A DNA stretch of 64,000 bases from Octopus sinensis (GCF_006345805.1 NC_043000.1:62000001-62064000); one strand, 5' to 3'. Positions 14,628-28,800 are shown, counted from the stretch's first letter. Numbers and translations are program-made. The notes: generated from the letters alone by a model not told the origin.

Positions 14628-14865
14628 CAGTAATCCGTCGACTATCGCGGGTATAACGTTTCAAAACCAACCACGATAGGTGAAAATCCGCAAAGTAGAA
14701 ACAATACTGTACTGTATATCTTATTATTATTATTTTTATAATTTGTATTTATTTATTCTATTATAAATGTAAAACAACACCACAGAGGAATCGACGAAAA
14801 CTTAAACAAAAAACTGCAATAGGTAAACTGCGGTAGGTGAACTGCGATATGGCAAGGAATAACTC
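14628..14865 (-). mobile_element. Tigger/pogo-like MITE, second copy
   Basis: TA|CAGTAATCCGTCG at the left end. The reverse complement aligns along its length with 421-625. Confidence 0.75.
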
Positions 14866-15932
14866 TTTACCTGTATTATGGACGATGTTATTTTTAATGA
14901 GATTAATGAAAATTTCAACGAGTTAATTTTAGTTCTTTTTCTCTTTCCGACATATTTATTCTTACGACTTCCCACTTTAATAGAATTATCTTACGAATCA
15001 AATTGTATGATTAATGAGGTTATGAAAATATTAGAAATTAATGATGCAGACAAAATTAATCAAAATTCATAAGAAAAAATACTGTAGACAAGGAAAGTAG
15101 CAGTCAGTCTGAAAGTTATCCGATGGAATATGCAAAAAATATATGGTCTTGTAATTACTCGAGAAAAATATACATTTTTGGAACCGTTTTTAGAAAGAGG
15201 AAGAAAACGTCGGCTTCGATATTCTACAAGGGAAAACTGTAACCTGTTATGAACCAATAACTTGTTTGAGATAGTAGCTAAATTTCCACAAATTCACATT
15301 CTACAACGTACAAAGACGAAAGGTAATATTAGATTACGTAGAAAATGTACCCACACCTTCCAAAGAATCATGACAAAAGGATGGTCTTGAAAAGCTCCAC
15401 AACATTAATAATAACTCTACAATAATTTCGAACAAGGATAGCATATAACAAATAAAAGATAAAAAGTAATTAACTACTTCGTTTTTGTATCTGGCGTAAT
15501 TACTCTCCCTAAATACAAGAAAGTATTTTGCTATTTCATAAACAAATCATATTGAAATTCATGCCGGCTTTTGTTTCTACTTATTTCTAATGCAGCTCTG
15601 ATGAAGCACTGCTGTGGCCACAAAGATTCCAGCCACGATTGTCTTTGTTTTTCGCATGAATAGCGTACTTTAAGAAAGTAAGGGGAATTTTGAGAGATAT
15701 CTAACAGACATATGACTGTGCTAGCTTACAATGACATTTCACCTCGGCAATGCACATCACTTATAGAACGATATACATCGCATATAGAACGAGTATATTT
15801 TCAAAAGCGTTGAATTGTTATACCAAAAGATAGTTGTGGTTTTCTCCCAGGAAAGTAGATATATAATCATTCTCTCCATGATTATTGCCTACTGTATTAT
15901 ATACACCATAGGTTATTCAATATATCCTTTTA

Positions 15933-16173
15933 GGCGGCGAGCTGTCAGAAACGTCAGCAAAGGCAGCAAGCTGGCAGAAATGTTGGCACACCGGGCGAAA
16001 TGCTTAGTAGTATTTCATCTGTCTTTACGTTCTGAGTTCAAATTCTGCAGAGATCTACTTTGCCTTTTATCATTTCGGGGTCGATAGATTAAGTACCAGT
16101 CGCGCACTGGGTCGTCTAATCGACTGCCCCCTCCCATCAGATTTTGGGCCTTGTGCCTATAGTAGAAAAGAAT
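15933..16173 (+). mobile_element. tRNA-derived SINE (family B) with duplicated head
   Basis: GGCGGCGAGCTGTCAGAA is followed by a second GGCAGCAAGCTGGCAGAA, then the B-box-like GAGTTCAAATTC; it ends AGTAGAAAAGAAT. Confidence 0.8.
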
Positions 16174-16599
16174 ATTTCCTTCGTATTTTTTGACGATTAG
16201 GGCTAATTATGCAAAATGAGGCTGTCATTTGATGGTCGAGTGATGCATAGAGGCTTTTGCTGACTAGTATAATGGTAAACTAGGCCTTCCAATTCGCCTA
16301 ACTGAGTGCTACTTATACGCCTGGCATTTATGTATATAATAGATACATATAAAAGAAGGTACACTCTCAAGTAAAAATATGTTTGCAAGCATCATTGAAT
16401 TTAATGTGTCCAGGAGGACTTACAGATGCAGTTCACTTATGCATGAAAAGCAAAACCGCGAAAATTTTCCATATGCAAAAGCAATGCATTATTTCATTAC
16501 GAAATAAAGCCATTTTCACAGCAATAATAATGTGTGATTCAGGCGAAAAATAGTGCTCCATAATAGCACACGGAGTCGGTAAATAGAAATTCATTATCG

Positions 16600-16894
16600 T
16601 GAAATTCGATTTCTAAACAAGCACTTGAAGACAGAGAAAAATTAGTAAACGATACTCATAATGTTACTTAAAGAATCAGAGATATATGCATTAGACGAAA
16701 AAGCAGACTTACATATATTTAGGAATTAATTAACTAGATATAATAAAGTACACTCAAAATGAGGAAAAAGTTAGAAAGATTACGAGCAATATGATAGAAG
16801 CATTAGATTAAAACTTAAAACAGTTAAATGCATATAATACTAGCAATGATGCTGATGATGATTATGAATAAGAGGATGATGATTTCATAATAAG

Positions 16895-16938
<44 letters not shown>

Positions 16939-16951
16939 GTATATGTATATG

Positions 16952-17041
<90 letters not shown>

Positions 17042-17061
17042 ATGTATATGTATATTATATA

Positions 17062-17133
<72 letters not shown>

Positions 17134-17167
17134 TATGTATGTATATGTATATGTATATATATATATG

Positions 17168-17229
<62 letters not shown>

Positions 17230-17600
17230 TGTGTGTGTGTATGTATATATGTATATATGTATATATGCATGTACGTATCTATGTAATTATGTATGTATGT
17301 ATCAGTATTTTAGTTGTTCCAGTTATCACTTATATTCTCAGCAGAAAGTAAAGTGAATTAACAAGACTAGACAGGAAAACAAAACGTAAAAGTAATGATT
17401 AATACAGAATAGAGCACACGAATGTGGATGATGAAAGATTATATTTACTACAAATTCAGAGAAGTAGAAGACTTTTACAAATAGACAATTATTGTATATC
17501 TATAGAATAACCAAGAAATAGCTCGAAAAAAATGCACTAGTTTCTAGTATCAAAGAAACCAATAAATGTGAAGCAGAGATTGAAGTATCAGACAGTTGTG
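16600..17600 (+). mobile_element. Decayed R4/Dong-like LINE fragment interrupted by a long (TA)n tract (~16897-17228)
   Basis: RLDRKTKRK...NVDDERLYL (~17365-17450) matches the R4 motif KLDRKTRK..HHPKADVERLYL (intact version at 34722-35192). Confidence 0.55.
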
Positions 17601-17879
17601 AGGACGAGAGAAATGCATTTGTATATATGGGTGAGTGTGTGAGAATATGTGAGCAAAGGAGTAAATGATGGTTATTAAGACTAGATTAAAAGATAATTTT
17701 AAATTAATGTCACCGAATACTGAGTTAAGGGTCGAATTAATTGTTTAATTCGACTTGTTTACTAGGCCTTCCAATTCGCTTAACTGATCATTCAGTCTGT
17801 TGACTTATGCAATAACCCATGAGCCATTAGCCAGAGTCAATGCGAAATCTGTATGTATATATGTACATACTCATATATA

Positions 17880-18773
17880 CGTGGTCTGATCAATAAGTAT
17901 CCGGACTGTTGCCATAGTAACGAATCTAAAGCACACAGAGAAAATCCACTTGGCACAGATTGACCTTAAACTTCCTTGTGTATAGGCACTAAGTTTTAAC
18001 GTTCTAGCTCACTTCTACTGTTTGCAGCATTTCTTGGAAGATAGGTGTGTAGCGTGTGATCGTCGAATAGACCATGACAGAACATTTTGAGCAACGAATC
18101 TGCGTCAAATTTTGCAAAAAGCCTGGCGATACCTGCTCAGAATTCTACGCAGTTTTCGAAAAGTCTTCATCGTTCTCGACACAATCAAGGAGATCTTTTG
18201 TAACTGAAACCCGATTGTTATTTTGGTCAGTTGAAAGTAGTTTTGTTACAAACTTGGCAGGCACGCGACTCATACCGAAATCTTTAGTAATAATGGACTG
18301 AACTGAACCGTAGCTAGTCTGCGCATCCTCTGTTAACTCACGAATGGTGATTCTACGATATTCCCTCACAGCTGTACACACATCTGCGATGTTTTTTTTT
18401 CTCAGTTTTGTTGGTTGCGGGTCTCCAAGAACGTTCGTCAATATCGACATTTTTTCGGCCATCTTGGAAATGTATAAAACACAAGTACACTTGTGTGCTG
18501 CTCATACACTCCTCTCCAAACACTTTCAGCAATTTTGCGTCGGCCTCTGAGCTGGTATCGCCATGACAACATTCTCTGTCATAGCAAATGCGACGACGCC
18601 TAGATACCTTCGTTCCAAGCACTGCTGTAAAACAGCGGGAGTGAGCTAGAAACTTAAATCTTAATGCGCATGCACAACAGATCTTAAGGTCAATTTTTGC
18701 CAAGCGACTTTACTCTGCGTGTTTTACCTTCGTTAATATGGCAACAGTCCGAATACATACTGATCAGACCTCG
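17880..18773. mobile_element. Mariner deletion derivative built from two head-to-head 5' ends
   Basis: TA|CGTGGTCTGATCAATAAGTATCCGGACTGTTGCCATA and its inverse ...GATCAGACCTCG|TA. Plus arm encodes MTEHFEQRICVKFCKKPG. Minus arm encodes HTH region ...FQDGRKNVDIDERSWRP and RRITIRELTED...VPAKFVTKLL (WVPREL-equivalent). Confidence 0.85.
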
Positions 18774-18940
18774 TACATGCAAAAGAAATGCAGATGCACA
18801 TATCTATGTATTAATATCTCTCTATCTTTCTCTCTGTCTATCTCTTTCTCCCCTCTCTCTCTATCTATCTGTCTATCAACATAAAATGCCTATATATGTG
18901 TGTGTGTGTATGTGCGTGCGCATGTACATATATATATTCC

Positions 18941-19682
<742 letters not shown>

Positions 19683-20099
19683 CTCACAAGAAAATATAAT
19701 ACTGAGATCCTTAGTAGTGTTTGATTATTAAACAGTTCCTTACATGAATCACTGACAAATTAGAATGGAATTGGATAATGAAAAAGCTCAGTATTCGTGG
19801 AAACACGTAGGACACGATGCTGGGACTGTAAGGCTTTCTTTTTATTCAGTCTCAAGATCAATCATTCTCTTCATATATATAATGAAAAAAAAAGAGAGAG
19901 CAACGATAACGACATAATATATGTAGTTTTCTAGAGAAATAATCAATGAAGCATAAAACTGAAAAATATAGGCAAAAACCAAACCTTAGTCAGCAAAGTA
20001 AAAAGAAATTATATGAAAAGCTAAAAAATAAAATAAGAAAAAAAAACATTAATAAAAATACAAAAGGACACCTTGAAAATAAATGAAAGATTTCAGAAT

Positions 20100-21170
20100 A
20101 TCGGTGAAGTGAGTGGGGTAAAACGTAGCGCAGAGGTTAGTGCTTCGCGAAACGAAATTCTTTGAATGGAATTATAGGGTCATTTACAGAAGGAAGTGCC
20201 ACAGTATATATGAAAAACTACAGAGGTGAAATCATGACCTATAGAATAAACAGAATCAGCACAATCAAAAGCATACGGAATGCAACCCCGGGAAAACTCT
20301 TGGATTTACAATCCCTCCCTTCGACCGAAGCACGTATGTAATTTTTAATATGTGACAACTGCATACGGTAAACTAGTAAACAAATCGATCCAACAAATAA
20401 CCGTAGGACTGATTTCCACCAAAAGTAAGCCATGACTATTTTGCCAACATACATCACTCTTTTATCTTTACTCGACAACAGACTGTATACAGTTTAGTTG
20501 GAATGCTGCTGTAACATCTTTCAAGAAAATCACAGAAAGAGTGCTGAAAATATGCATTAACGTAAACAGCAGCTACTGTAAAAATATGCAGTTATTAAAG
20601 GGAGTAAAATCAGATAAAAGCTTTTGATATCAAATCACAGACTTGGATATTAGTGACATTCCATATTAATTAAAGAGACCCCAAACCTTACAGTAAATGA
20701 AATCATCGTGTCATGGGGAAATAGTATATTATCATACGATAGATGGTCAAATGCAATTTCATAAAAGGCCAACGCCTGAGAAGATTAATCTTCAAGAAGA
20801 TTCATTTTCCCTGCTACTCTTCAGCGACATTTGAAATTACATATTTTCTAAGTTAAATCTCGAAAGTAGCAAATTTTACACGTATTTCAAACTACTAATA
20901 TGGATGGTTGAATCTACAAAGAATTCAACATGAATATAAAAAAAATATGCTGCTAGAAAAATTTGCCAAAGCAATTATGAACTAAGACAACAAATTGACT
21001 AAAACCGAAGACATTCAATTGGATAAAGACACCGAAGTCATATATTCAGAAGAGAATTATCTATACAAATATTCAGAATCTCATAGAAACGAAAGAAAAT
21101 TATACAAATGACTTTTACAGTAGAGTAAGATTTATATTAAACGCATTAGGGAAAATATGTGTAAATACGT
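20100..21170 (+). mobile_element. Decayed R4/Dong-like RT fragment
   Basis: Motif remnants in the correct order: IKAFDIKSQTWIL (cf. KKAFDSVPHSWIL), NLQEDSFSLLLF (cf. GIFQGDSLSPLLF), decayed YMDD region, YKYSES, YSRVRFIL. Confidence 0.6.
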
Positions 21171-21544
21171 CCGTTACACATGTTATAAGCCTCAAATTTA
21201 ACATAATATATTTGATGCTAAATGAATTAGAGAGCCTGTACACATAGAGCAATACATAATATCCAAGTCACTGTCATATCAGACATATAGATAGGAGGCA
21301 CCTAGGCTGGACACAGATAAATGGGGCTTCATGAATTTAAAAAACTACAACGATGAATAGTAAGATACTTCGCGCTGACGAAACAAAACGAAGATTTTCT
21401 CTCCCATTCTCTTTTTCAACGTCTCTTTTTCTATACACATGCGCATATACATACATACATATATGTATAAACATGCGTATATACATACACAACATAGATA
21501 CATATAAATATATATATATATGTATGTATATATAAAAGAATATA

Positions 21545-21841
21545 ATGGGCTCTTCCGTCGAGACGAAGTATGATCCTTCAGATTTTCCCGAACGATCTGC
21601 ACAAGTGATTTGTTTATAGTGACCGAATGTTCGTGCTGTACATTAGTTCGCTGTCCATCAAATCGACGTTGTATGAACATGTGCACAGTGTACCATGTGT
21701 TAGGTGTCTACGCGATCGCAGAGCAACGTGAGATTAAGTGTTTTGCTCTAGAACACATCGCACCACCCGGTCTAGGAATTTAGAAATTGAAATCACATTC
21801 GCTAGATCGAGTGTGCAGCACCCTAGCTACTAAGCCATGCG
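21545..21841 (-). mobile_element. tRNA-derived SINE (family C)
   Basis: Reverse complement starts CGCATGGCTTAGTAGCTAGGGTG and aligns with 12183-12470. Confidence 0.75.
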
Positions 21842-21842
21842 C

Positions 21843-21878
<36 letters not shown>

Positions 21879-21950
21879 ACACACACAAACACACACAAAC
21901 ACACACACATACATGCACACATAAGTACACGTACATATGCATATATACAC

Positions 21951-21993
<43 letters not shown>

Positions 21994-23367
21994 TTTATAT
22001 ACATGTATATATATATATATATATGTACATATATACATATGTGTGTATGTGCGTGTGTGTGTGTGTGTGTGAGTGAGTACGCATGGCTTTGTAGTTAGGG
22101 TGTTGTATCGATACGAAGTAAGTCAGAGTTAGAACCAACAGTGGATGAAAGTTTATGAAGTGAAAGAAAACATCGAAGGTACGACTTTAGATGTTTGTGA
22201 ACAGTGCCCAAAAATTTTTTTTAAATACATGATGAAGTAAGATGTTAAAATTGAGATCAGACTGTAACCAGTGTGTTGCGATAAAGGTCTTCTAGGTATC
22301 CGATAATTAAAAAAAATTACATGGCCTTTAGTTGCACTACGACATGAAAAATTATAGGTGGTACATGCAGTATATGGAAAAGAGTCGTAGAGACATTTAC
22401 AGAAGTAAGTACATAAGATTAATAAGTATATCAGAGTAAGTTATGCAAATATAACTATCAAAGCACTCTAACGATAGAGTCAGCAATTTGAAAGATCTTT
22501 CGCTTCATTCTGGCCGCAATAATGTCCAGAAACGAGAAACTACCAGTGTACAGAAGGAACTGAACACGTTCTAATAAATGTGAAATAGTTTTGAGTGCAT
22601 AATATCAAGATAATCACGAAGAAAAACATTGAAAAATCACGATCTTACTCAAAAGACAAAGACCAGAAGGTACTTTCTGAGTTCAATGGTTCACTTCACA
22701 GAGGAATACTTTTTGTAGAAGTGACATATAACATTCATTACACAATAACAATTTAAACTATGGAGACCATACACTTTTCGCTACTAACAGATACTAGAAT
22801 ATATAACACAACGTGCACAGACATCTACGAAACACTCACCACAAAACCAAATATTATAACTTAACCAGCACATATTTTAAACAACGGTTAGATGAAACAT
22901 GACAGTGACATCAGAAAGAAACAGAATTCCACAAGAAGCAAATCATGTAAACCATACAAATATAGTCTTACACTCACTAGTGGTAATTAAAGATTCGTAT
23001 GAAACATTTCAAAATATGACCATAGTAACCGAAGTTGTCTGGAACGAAACTGATGGTACATGCTTATTTTGTGATCTTAAATAGTAGGCCACAAAAATGG
23101 CACTAATGAGTCGGAAAGAGCTGGACGTGGGAAGAAAAAAGTAGTTAATTTTTTTATGACCATTGTATTAGTCGAATTACTATCAGTATTGTTTTTCTTA
23201 AACAAATTTGAATAAAAGAGTTCAAGAATCAATTGTGCACATTGGAATGTCAATCTCTGAGATATCAGTGATGAAAACAAATTATCATTTTAAAAAAGTA
23301 AATGATATTGATGGAATTAATTATGACACTCGTGTTAAAGAAATACACACTTTGGGGTGTTATTTCA

Positions 23368-23404
<37 letters not shown>

Positions 23405-23405
<1 letters not shown>

Positions 23406-24127
23406 TTCCTGCGTGGATTGTTTTCGAATACTTTGTTTTTGTCCGGAAATCTCTTTTTAAAGTAGAGGTAATAACTAATGTTCTTAGGCTGCTATTTCTA
23501 AACTCCGGTATGTGTTAAAGCAAATCTTTGCTGAACCCTAATTATAAAATATTACTTAAGTTTACCGAGAAATGGTCCTTTTTCATGCCGAATTCTACTT
23601 GGTGAAATTGTTGATTACTAGTTTATTAATTAATTTTACCCTTTGTTATTATTAATAATATAATTTTCTCCCGGATAATAAACTACAGATTTTCCTGTAG
23701 TATTTTTACTTGACGACACAAGTGGATAGGCAAGGGAAGATGACGAACCTCATTCGTATATTTTGAATTCGGCGGAACTGGACGTTAAATATGATCTATC
23801 TGATATTGTTAGTTGGGGAGGTATATTTGATTTCGAGTGCCTCCGGATTTAATATTGTGAAGTCCAATGCTGATGAGGAAAGTGTTCCGGGTAAAGTATA
23901 AATTCTACATTCTTTATACCGATCTAATTCCGAAACGCGTACATGGGTAATCAAATATCGATTGATTTTCGTTATTTTTCCTCTCTTCCTGTGTGGATTG
24001 TTTTCGAGTACTTTGTTTTTGTCCGGGAATCTCTTTTTAAAATAGAGGAAATAGCTAAGGTTCTTTGGTTGCTATTTCTAAACTTCGGTATGTGGTAAAG
24101 CAAATCTTTGCTGAACCCTAATTATAA
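23405..24127 (+). mobile_element. Non-autonomous Penelope-like/retrozyme element: 580-bp unit x1.25, in (TA)n
   Basis: 143-bp direct repeats at 23405-23547 and 23985-24127 (11 mismatches). (TA)n on both sides. Internal type-I HHR. No ORF. Confidence 0.75.
23864..23947 (+). ncRNA. Type-I hammerhead ribozyme (minimal stem III)
   Basis: Stem I CCAATG/CATGGG (1 mismatch); CTGATGA 23870-23876; stem II GGAA/TTCC; GAAA 23932-23935; palindromic ACGCGT; predicted cleavage after GUA at 23941. Confidence 0.8.
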
Positions 24128-24133
24128 TGGATA

Positions 24134-24192
<59 letters not shown>

Positions 24193-25059
24193 CTGGTGTA
24201 GAGTTCACCTAGCAATATCTAATCAAAGAGGGTAGAAAAGCTGAGAAAACAGCCACAGGGCTATGAACAGTAATATGTTGAGAAATGGCGTCCGCTTGTC
24301 TTGGGAAGCTATTTCTACAGCCATAGTTTGAATATTAGAAACCTATTAACCTGCAAAAAACATGAACTTCACCTCGAAGAAAAACAGTATGTTTAAAGTT
24401 ATTTTAATGAGCCTACAAATATGTTTCTGTTGATGCCAAATAAAAGAAAAAACATTAGCATTTCATACTTTCCTATTTTTATATTTGTTTTATAGGTACA
24501 TGTGTGCATTCATGTAGAGATACATACACAAATACATATACATTTGATTGTATGTGTGTATGTATGTATGTATGTATGTATGTATGTATGTATGCATGTA
24601 TGTATGTATGTATGTATGTATTATGGCCATGGAATTCTTTTTCGAACAATCGCTTTTATTCTTTCGAGATGTTTAATGTTATATATAAAAAAACATTCTT
24701 GGCAAGCTTGCAAGGTTTGTGTCTTTTAACGAAATAATACTTGTACTTTTTTATAAATTATTCCTGCGCTATATTTTTCTCTTTTTTGTCTCGGAAACTG
24801 AAAATAGTTTGAAAGTTTGAAAAAGAAACCATAACGCCTTAACACTTTATAGAGCAAATTCTCGATCAAGGAAAATTGAAATAGAAGTATGGCTGAATTT
24901 ATTTTAATTTCATTAAGAGTATATTTATCTTAGTAAATTTCCATAACCAGAATTTTTAATGAAATGGATCTATTTTGTCTTTTGTGAGATTTTGAAGACG
25001 TTTTAGAACAATGAAATATTATACTAAAATAATTTAATACACGAGGAACTCTATTTTGG

Positions 25060-25860
25060 GTTTTACAATTACACATGGCTTGAAGAACACAGGCAGCTGG
25101 CTTCAATATCGGAAACTTACTCCTACAAGTATAACCGTTTTGCCAGTGTTTTGCCGGTTTGATTAGCTTTTACGAATGCATATGGTTCATGTAAGAGCAG
25201 CGGATCGTTACGCTACATGCAGCGACATTTTCCAAGTGTCGTTGGGTTAGCAAGAGTGAACAATTTTTACAAGTGCAGTTTATACTTAAAACAGGAGCAG
25301 CTGGCTACTATAAACAAGAGAAAATAGTGTCCACAAGAACAATGTTGTTTTCTATAAATGAACTACTTTTGCAACAAATACACATGACATTTTCAGGTGT
25401 AGCTAGCTTTATAAGTACGCCTATTTTTGCGAAGACACCAGCTGGCGTGTACAGTAAGTGCAGTGCGCTGATACAAAATCTATTGAGCTTCACAAGTGAA
25501 ACTGGATTTTAAAAGTGTATGTAGCTTTTATAGCAAGTCCAATTGGGTTTTACAAGTCCAAATTCATTTTAAAGTGCATCTGGCTTTTATTACAAGTAAA
25601 GCTGGCTTTTGCAACACGTACTGCTAGCTTTTACACGAAGTAAATTTGGCTATTGTAATAGGTGTAGCTAGTTACAAGTGTAGTTGGCTGTTGCAAGAAG
25701 CCATTTAACAAGCGTAGTTCCATTTTAAAGTCAATGTAGCTGGTTTTACAATGGATGCAGATATATTTTGCAAGTAGACGCATTTTGATTTTAATACTAC
25801 AACAATGCAATTAACTTTTTCCCAGTTGCAGTGGGCATTCATAAGATGCGCTGAAAATTT
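25060..25860. repeat. Degenerate minisatellite, ~19-22-bp unit (approx. GCTGGCTTTTACAAGTGCA)
   Basis: TTTTACAAGT and GCTGGCTTT motifs recur at roughly regular spacing. Confidence 0.6.
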
Positions 25861-26415
25861 CAATGAATACAACTCGCTTTTACAATATATTTAACTTTAA
25901 GCCAATATCTTTTCAGCCTTATAACTTATGGGCCAAAAGATAGCACTATTTCCCACTTTTGCTTCTTTCTGATTTCTTTTTCGTTTTCCTGTTTTTCAAC
26001 ATTCCACCTTCTTGCATTTTCTCGCTTTTACGCCCGTCCCACTTTGAGCTCGTTATGTCATGTGGACAGCGTTTGAAGATTGTACTGGGACATCAGACGT
26101 GTTATAAAACATGTTCTCGGCACATGAAACTAATAACTAAAAACATATATTGTACTTATTAAATAATATTTATCTCCCACCAGGAGTACATTTTTGTTGA
26201 TCTTACCATCACGAAACAATAAACTATATACATATATGTGTGTGTGTGTGTGCGTGCGTGTGTGTGTGTGTGTGTGTGTGTAAATGTGTATGTTTTCTGC
26301 ATGCAAATATTTTTTTCATTCTTATTGAGGTGTCTGCAAAGGTATACTATGCTCAAATGATACGTTACTCTGAACTGCCTTTAAGTCATACTTTCCTTAT
26401 AATTGCGATCATTTC

Positions 26416-26416
<1 letters not shown>

Positions 26417-26482
<66 letters not shown>

Positions 26483-26542
26483 TAGTTTTATTTTTATAGC
26501 GTGCTTTCACTTCACTACCGAGCGCAGCTCTGTGTGCCTTGG

Positions 26543-26603
<61 letters not shown>

Positions 26604-26606
26604 TAC

Positions 26607-26667
<61 letters not shown>

Positions 26668-26720
26668 TTTTTTTTATTTTTTTATTATTATTATTTTTAT
26701 TATTATTATTATTATCATTA
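26417..26720. repeat. (ATT)n microsatellite interrupted by a LINE 3' end
   Basis: Direct reading of the sequence. Confidence 0.95.
26480..26544 (-). mobile_element. 65-bp 5'-truncated copy of the R4/Dong LINE 3' end
   Basis: 63/65 identical to 33857-33921 and embedded in (ATT)n on both sides. Confidence 0.9.
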
Positions 26721-26734
26721 TTCTCCCTACCACA

Positions 26735-26950
26735 GTGAGCAGCTGGTGGAACCGATAGTACATCGTACAAAATGCTTAGAGAAATTTCTTCCAGCCGTTT
26801 ACATTCTGAGTTCAAATTGAGTGTGGTCGACTTGACCTATAATCTTTTCGAGATCAATAAAATACGTGCTAGTTGAGCAATGGACCGATGTGATAGACTG
26901 ACGCCTCAACCTTCTAAAATTGTAGGCCTTCTGCTAAAATTTGAAACTAT
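26735..26950 (+). mobile_element. Diverged SINE (family B)
   Basis: GTGAGCAGCTGGTGGAA...ATTCTGAGTTCAAATT...GGTCGACTT aligns with 15933-16173. Confidence 0.65.
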
Positions 26951-28499
26951 TATTAGTATGCTTGTTATTGTAGATTGATTTTGATAATTTGGGGATTTCT
27001 TGGATTTCTCTGTTACTGAATAGAGAATATCCGTAGCAAAATTTTCATAATTTCTTTTTCTTCACTGTGTGATATTAGACTTTAAAGCATTATTATGTCT
27101 ATTCATTTTAGGTCATTTTGTTTATTTATAAGTTTAGTTTGAATGTGAATATTTTCTATATATATATATATTGTGTACAATGGTAAATATTCTTTGCATG
27201 ATGAAATGCGCGTTCTCTAAATATGAAAATGTTTGGGAATATGTGAAAATAAATTAGTCCATATACGCGTGTTTTTGTCTATGTATACTATATGTGTGTG
27301 TATGTTTGTGTGCGCGTGTGTGTATGTGTGTGTGTATTTATACATGTATTTATTTGTGCATGTGTACTGAGTATATGTGAGCGATGTATGTGTATTTGTA
27401 AGAGTCGCTAAATATAATCAAGTAACAGTGCGCCTAAAAGTATTTACATGTATGTTTGTAAAAATGCATGTTTGTATGTATGTAGAGGTATGTGTATATC
27501 ACAGTATTCATTTGTTTTTGAGTGATCATAATCTTCAAATATAAGACGGATAACGCACAGGAATTCAATTTCTTTTCCGTCTATTTTCTGTTAATTAGTG
27601 TGTATTGTATTCTCCCGTAAATTTCCGAATATTGCTATATTTTCACTGGAAATAGCGTTGATTATGGTCTATTGAGTTACTTGACATATTCTTTAGACAA
27701 CACGTGTATTTTTTTCCTTGCGCAGATCATCAATGTACGATTTCGTAGAAAAGTGGCAACAACTCCATAATATCTTTAATGGAGAACTAATAGCATTTTA
27801 GCAAAATATAATTTTAAAATCTTTTGAATTAATATCTTACATTAGTTTCAGGTAATGTCACTCCCCACTAAGAAATACAAATTTCCTGCCAACATATAGA
27901 AATGCAATTAACTCTCATGTACGTTATAATATCTTGGAGAGCGTATCTTTCTTACTGGAAATTGTGTCAGTCAATATTAATTTTCTAGCAAATTTTATCT
28001 ATAGCATGTCCGTAAACATAATTTTGAATGCGAAATATGTTTCTATGATATGCATCTGTTTGCAGAAGAAATTACACAGGTAAACCGTGAAAAGGAAAAG
28101 GGAGAAACCTATGATACTGAGAGGTTATAATCAAGAAAAGTTTCTCCCATATTTTCAATATTTATTGAAAATATGTGAGGAACTCTCAATGAGAGAAAGT
28201 CGTATTGTAGTTACGTATGCAGAGATTTCAACTCAATAAGCTTACACGCTTTTGTGCTGACACTTCCTCCTACGTACTACGAAACAGACGGAAGGAAGAA
28301 AGAGTACGACTGAAAGCAAGTGATTATAGTAAATTGGCAAGTGAATTGTAGTTAATCAACCAAGCCGTCTCCTGATGCGTAAAGTCTCGGATATTTATGT
28401 ATTTAGTACTAATATGACTTCGCATGTGAGCAGTGGATAGCACTCTTACTATGTAGAATGTAAAACAGTTCTCATTTATGGGTTAGTCACGGGAGGAAC

Positions 28500-28800
28500 T
28501 GAAATGCTCATGATCTTTTCCAGAGTATCTCAAAGAGCCACCTGAACGCGATAGTCTCTCGCAGGAAACACTCAAAGTGCTTGAAAAAGTGGTAGTCGTT
28601 AGGAGAAAGGTCTGGAGATTAAGCTGGGTGGGGAAGAACTTTGTAACCATTTTCGAACAGACTACTCACTGGTAATTTCCTCACCAAACGCTTCGTTGAT
28701 ATCGCGAGCAGGTTCAACTGCTTTACGTCCTTTTTTGAAATTGAATATTAAAATTGCTCGAATATCACGCTTTGACAGTTTCATTTCAGATGATTGCAAC
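28500..28800 (-). mobile_element. Internally deleted mariner transposase relic
   Basis: N-terminal MKLSKRDIRAILIFNFKKGRKAVEPARDINEAFG (ATG at 28784) is joined to VLPHPA*SPDLSPNDYHFF (YSPDLAPSDY motif). Confidence 0.8.

Noticed and set aside
16965-17356. ORFs rich in IY/YI, also at 12007-12208, 37375-37764, 44715-45114 and 48337-48534; poly-I/L/Y ORFs at 26403-26820 and 41149-41568
   Set aside because: These are translations of (TA)n, (CA)n and (ATT)n microsatellites that lack stops in some frames.
17731-17765. Hairpin followed by CTAG resembling a Helitron 3' end
   Set aside because: The next base is G rather than T, and no matching 5' TC end can be identified.
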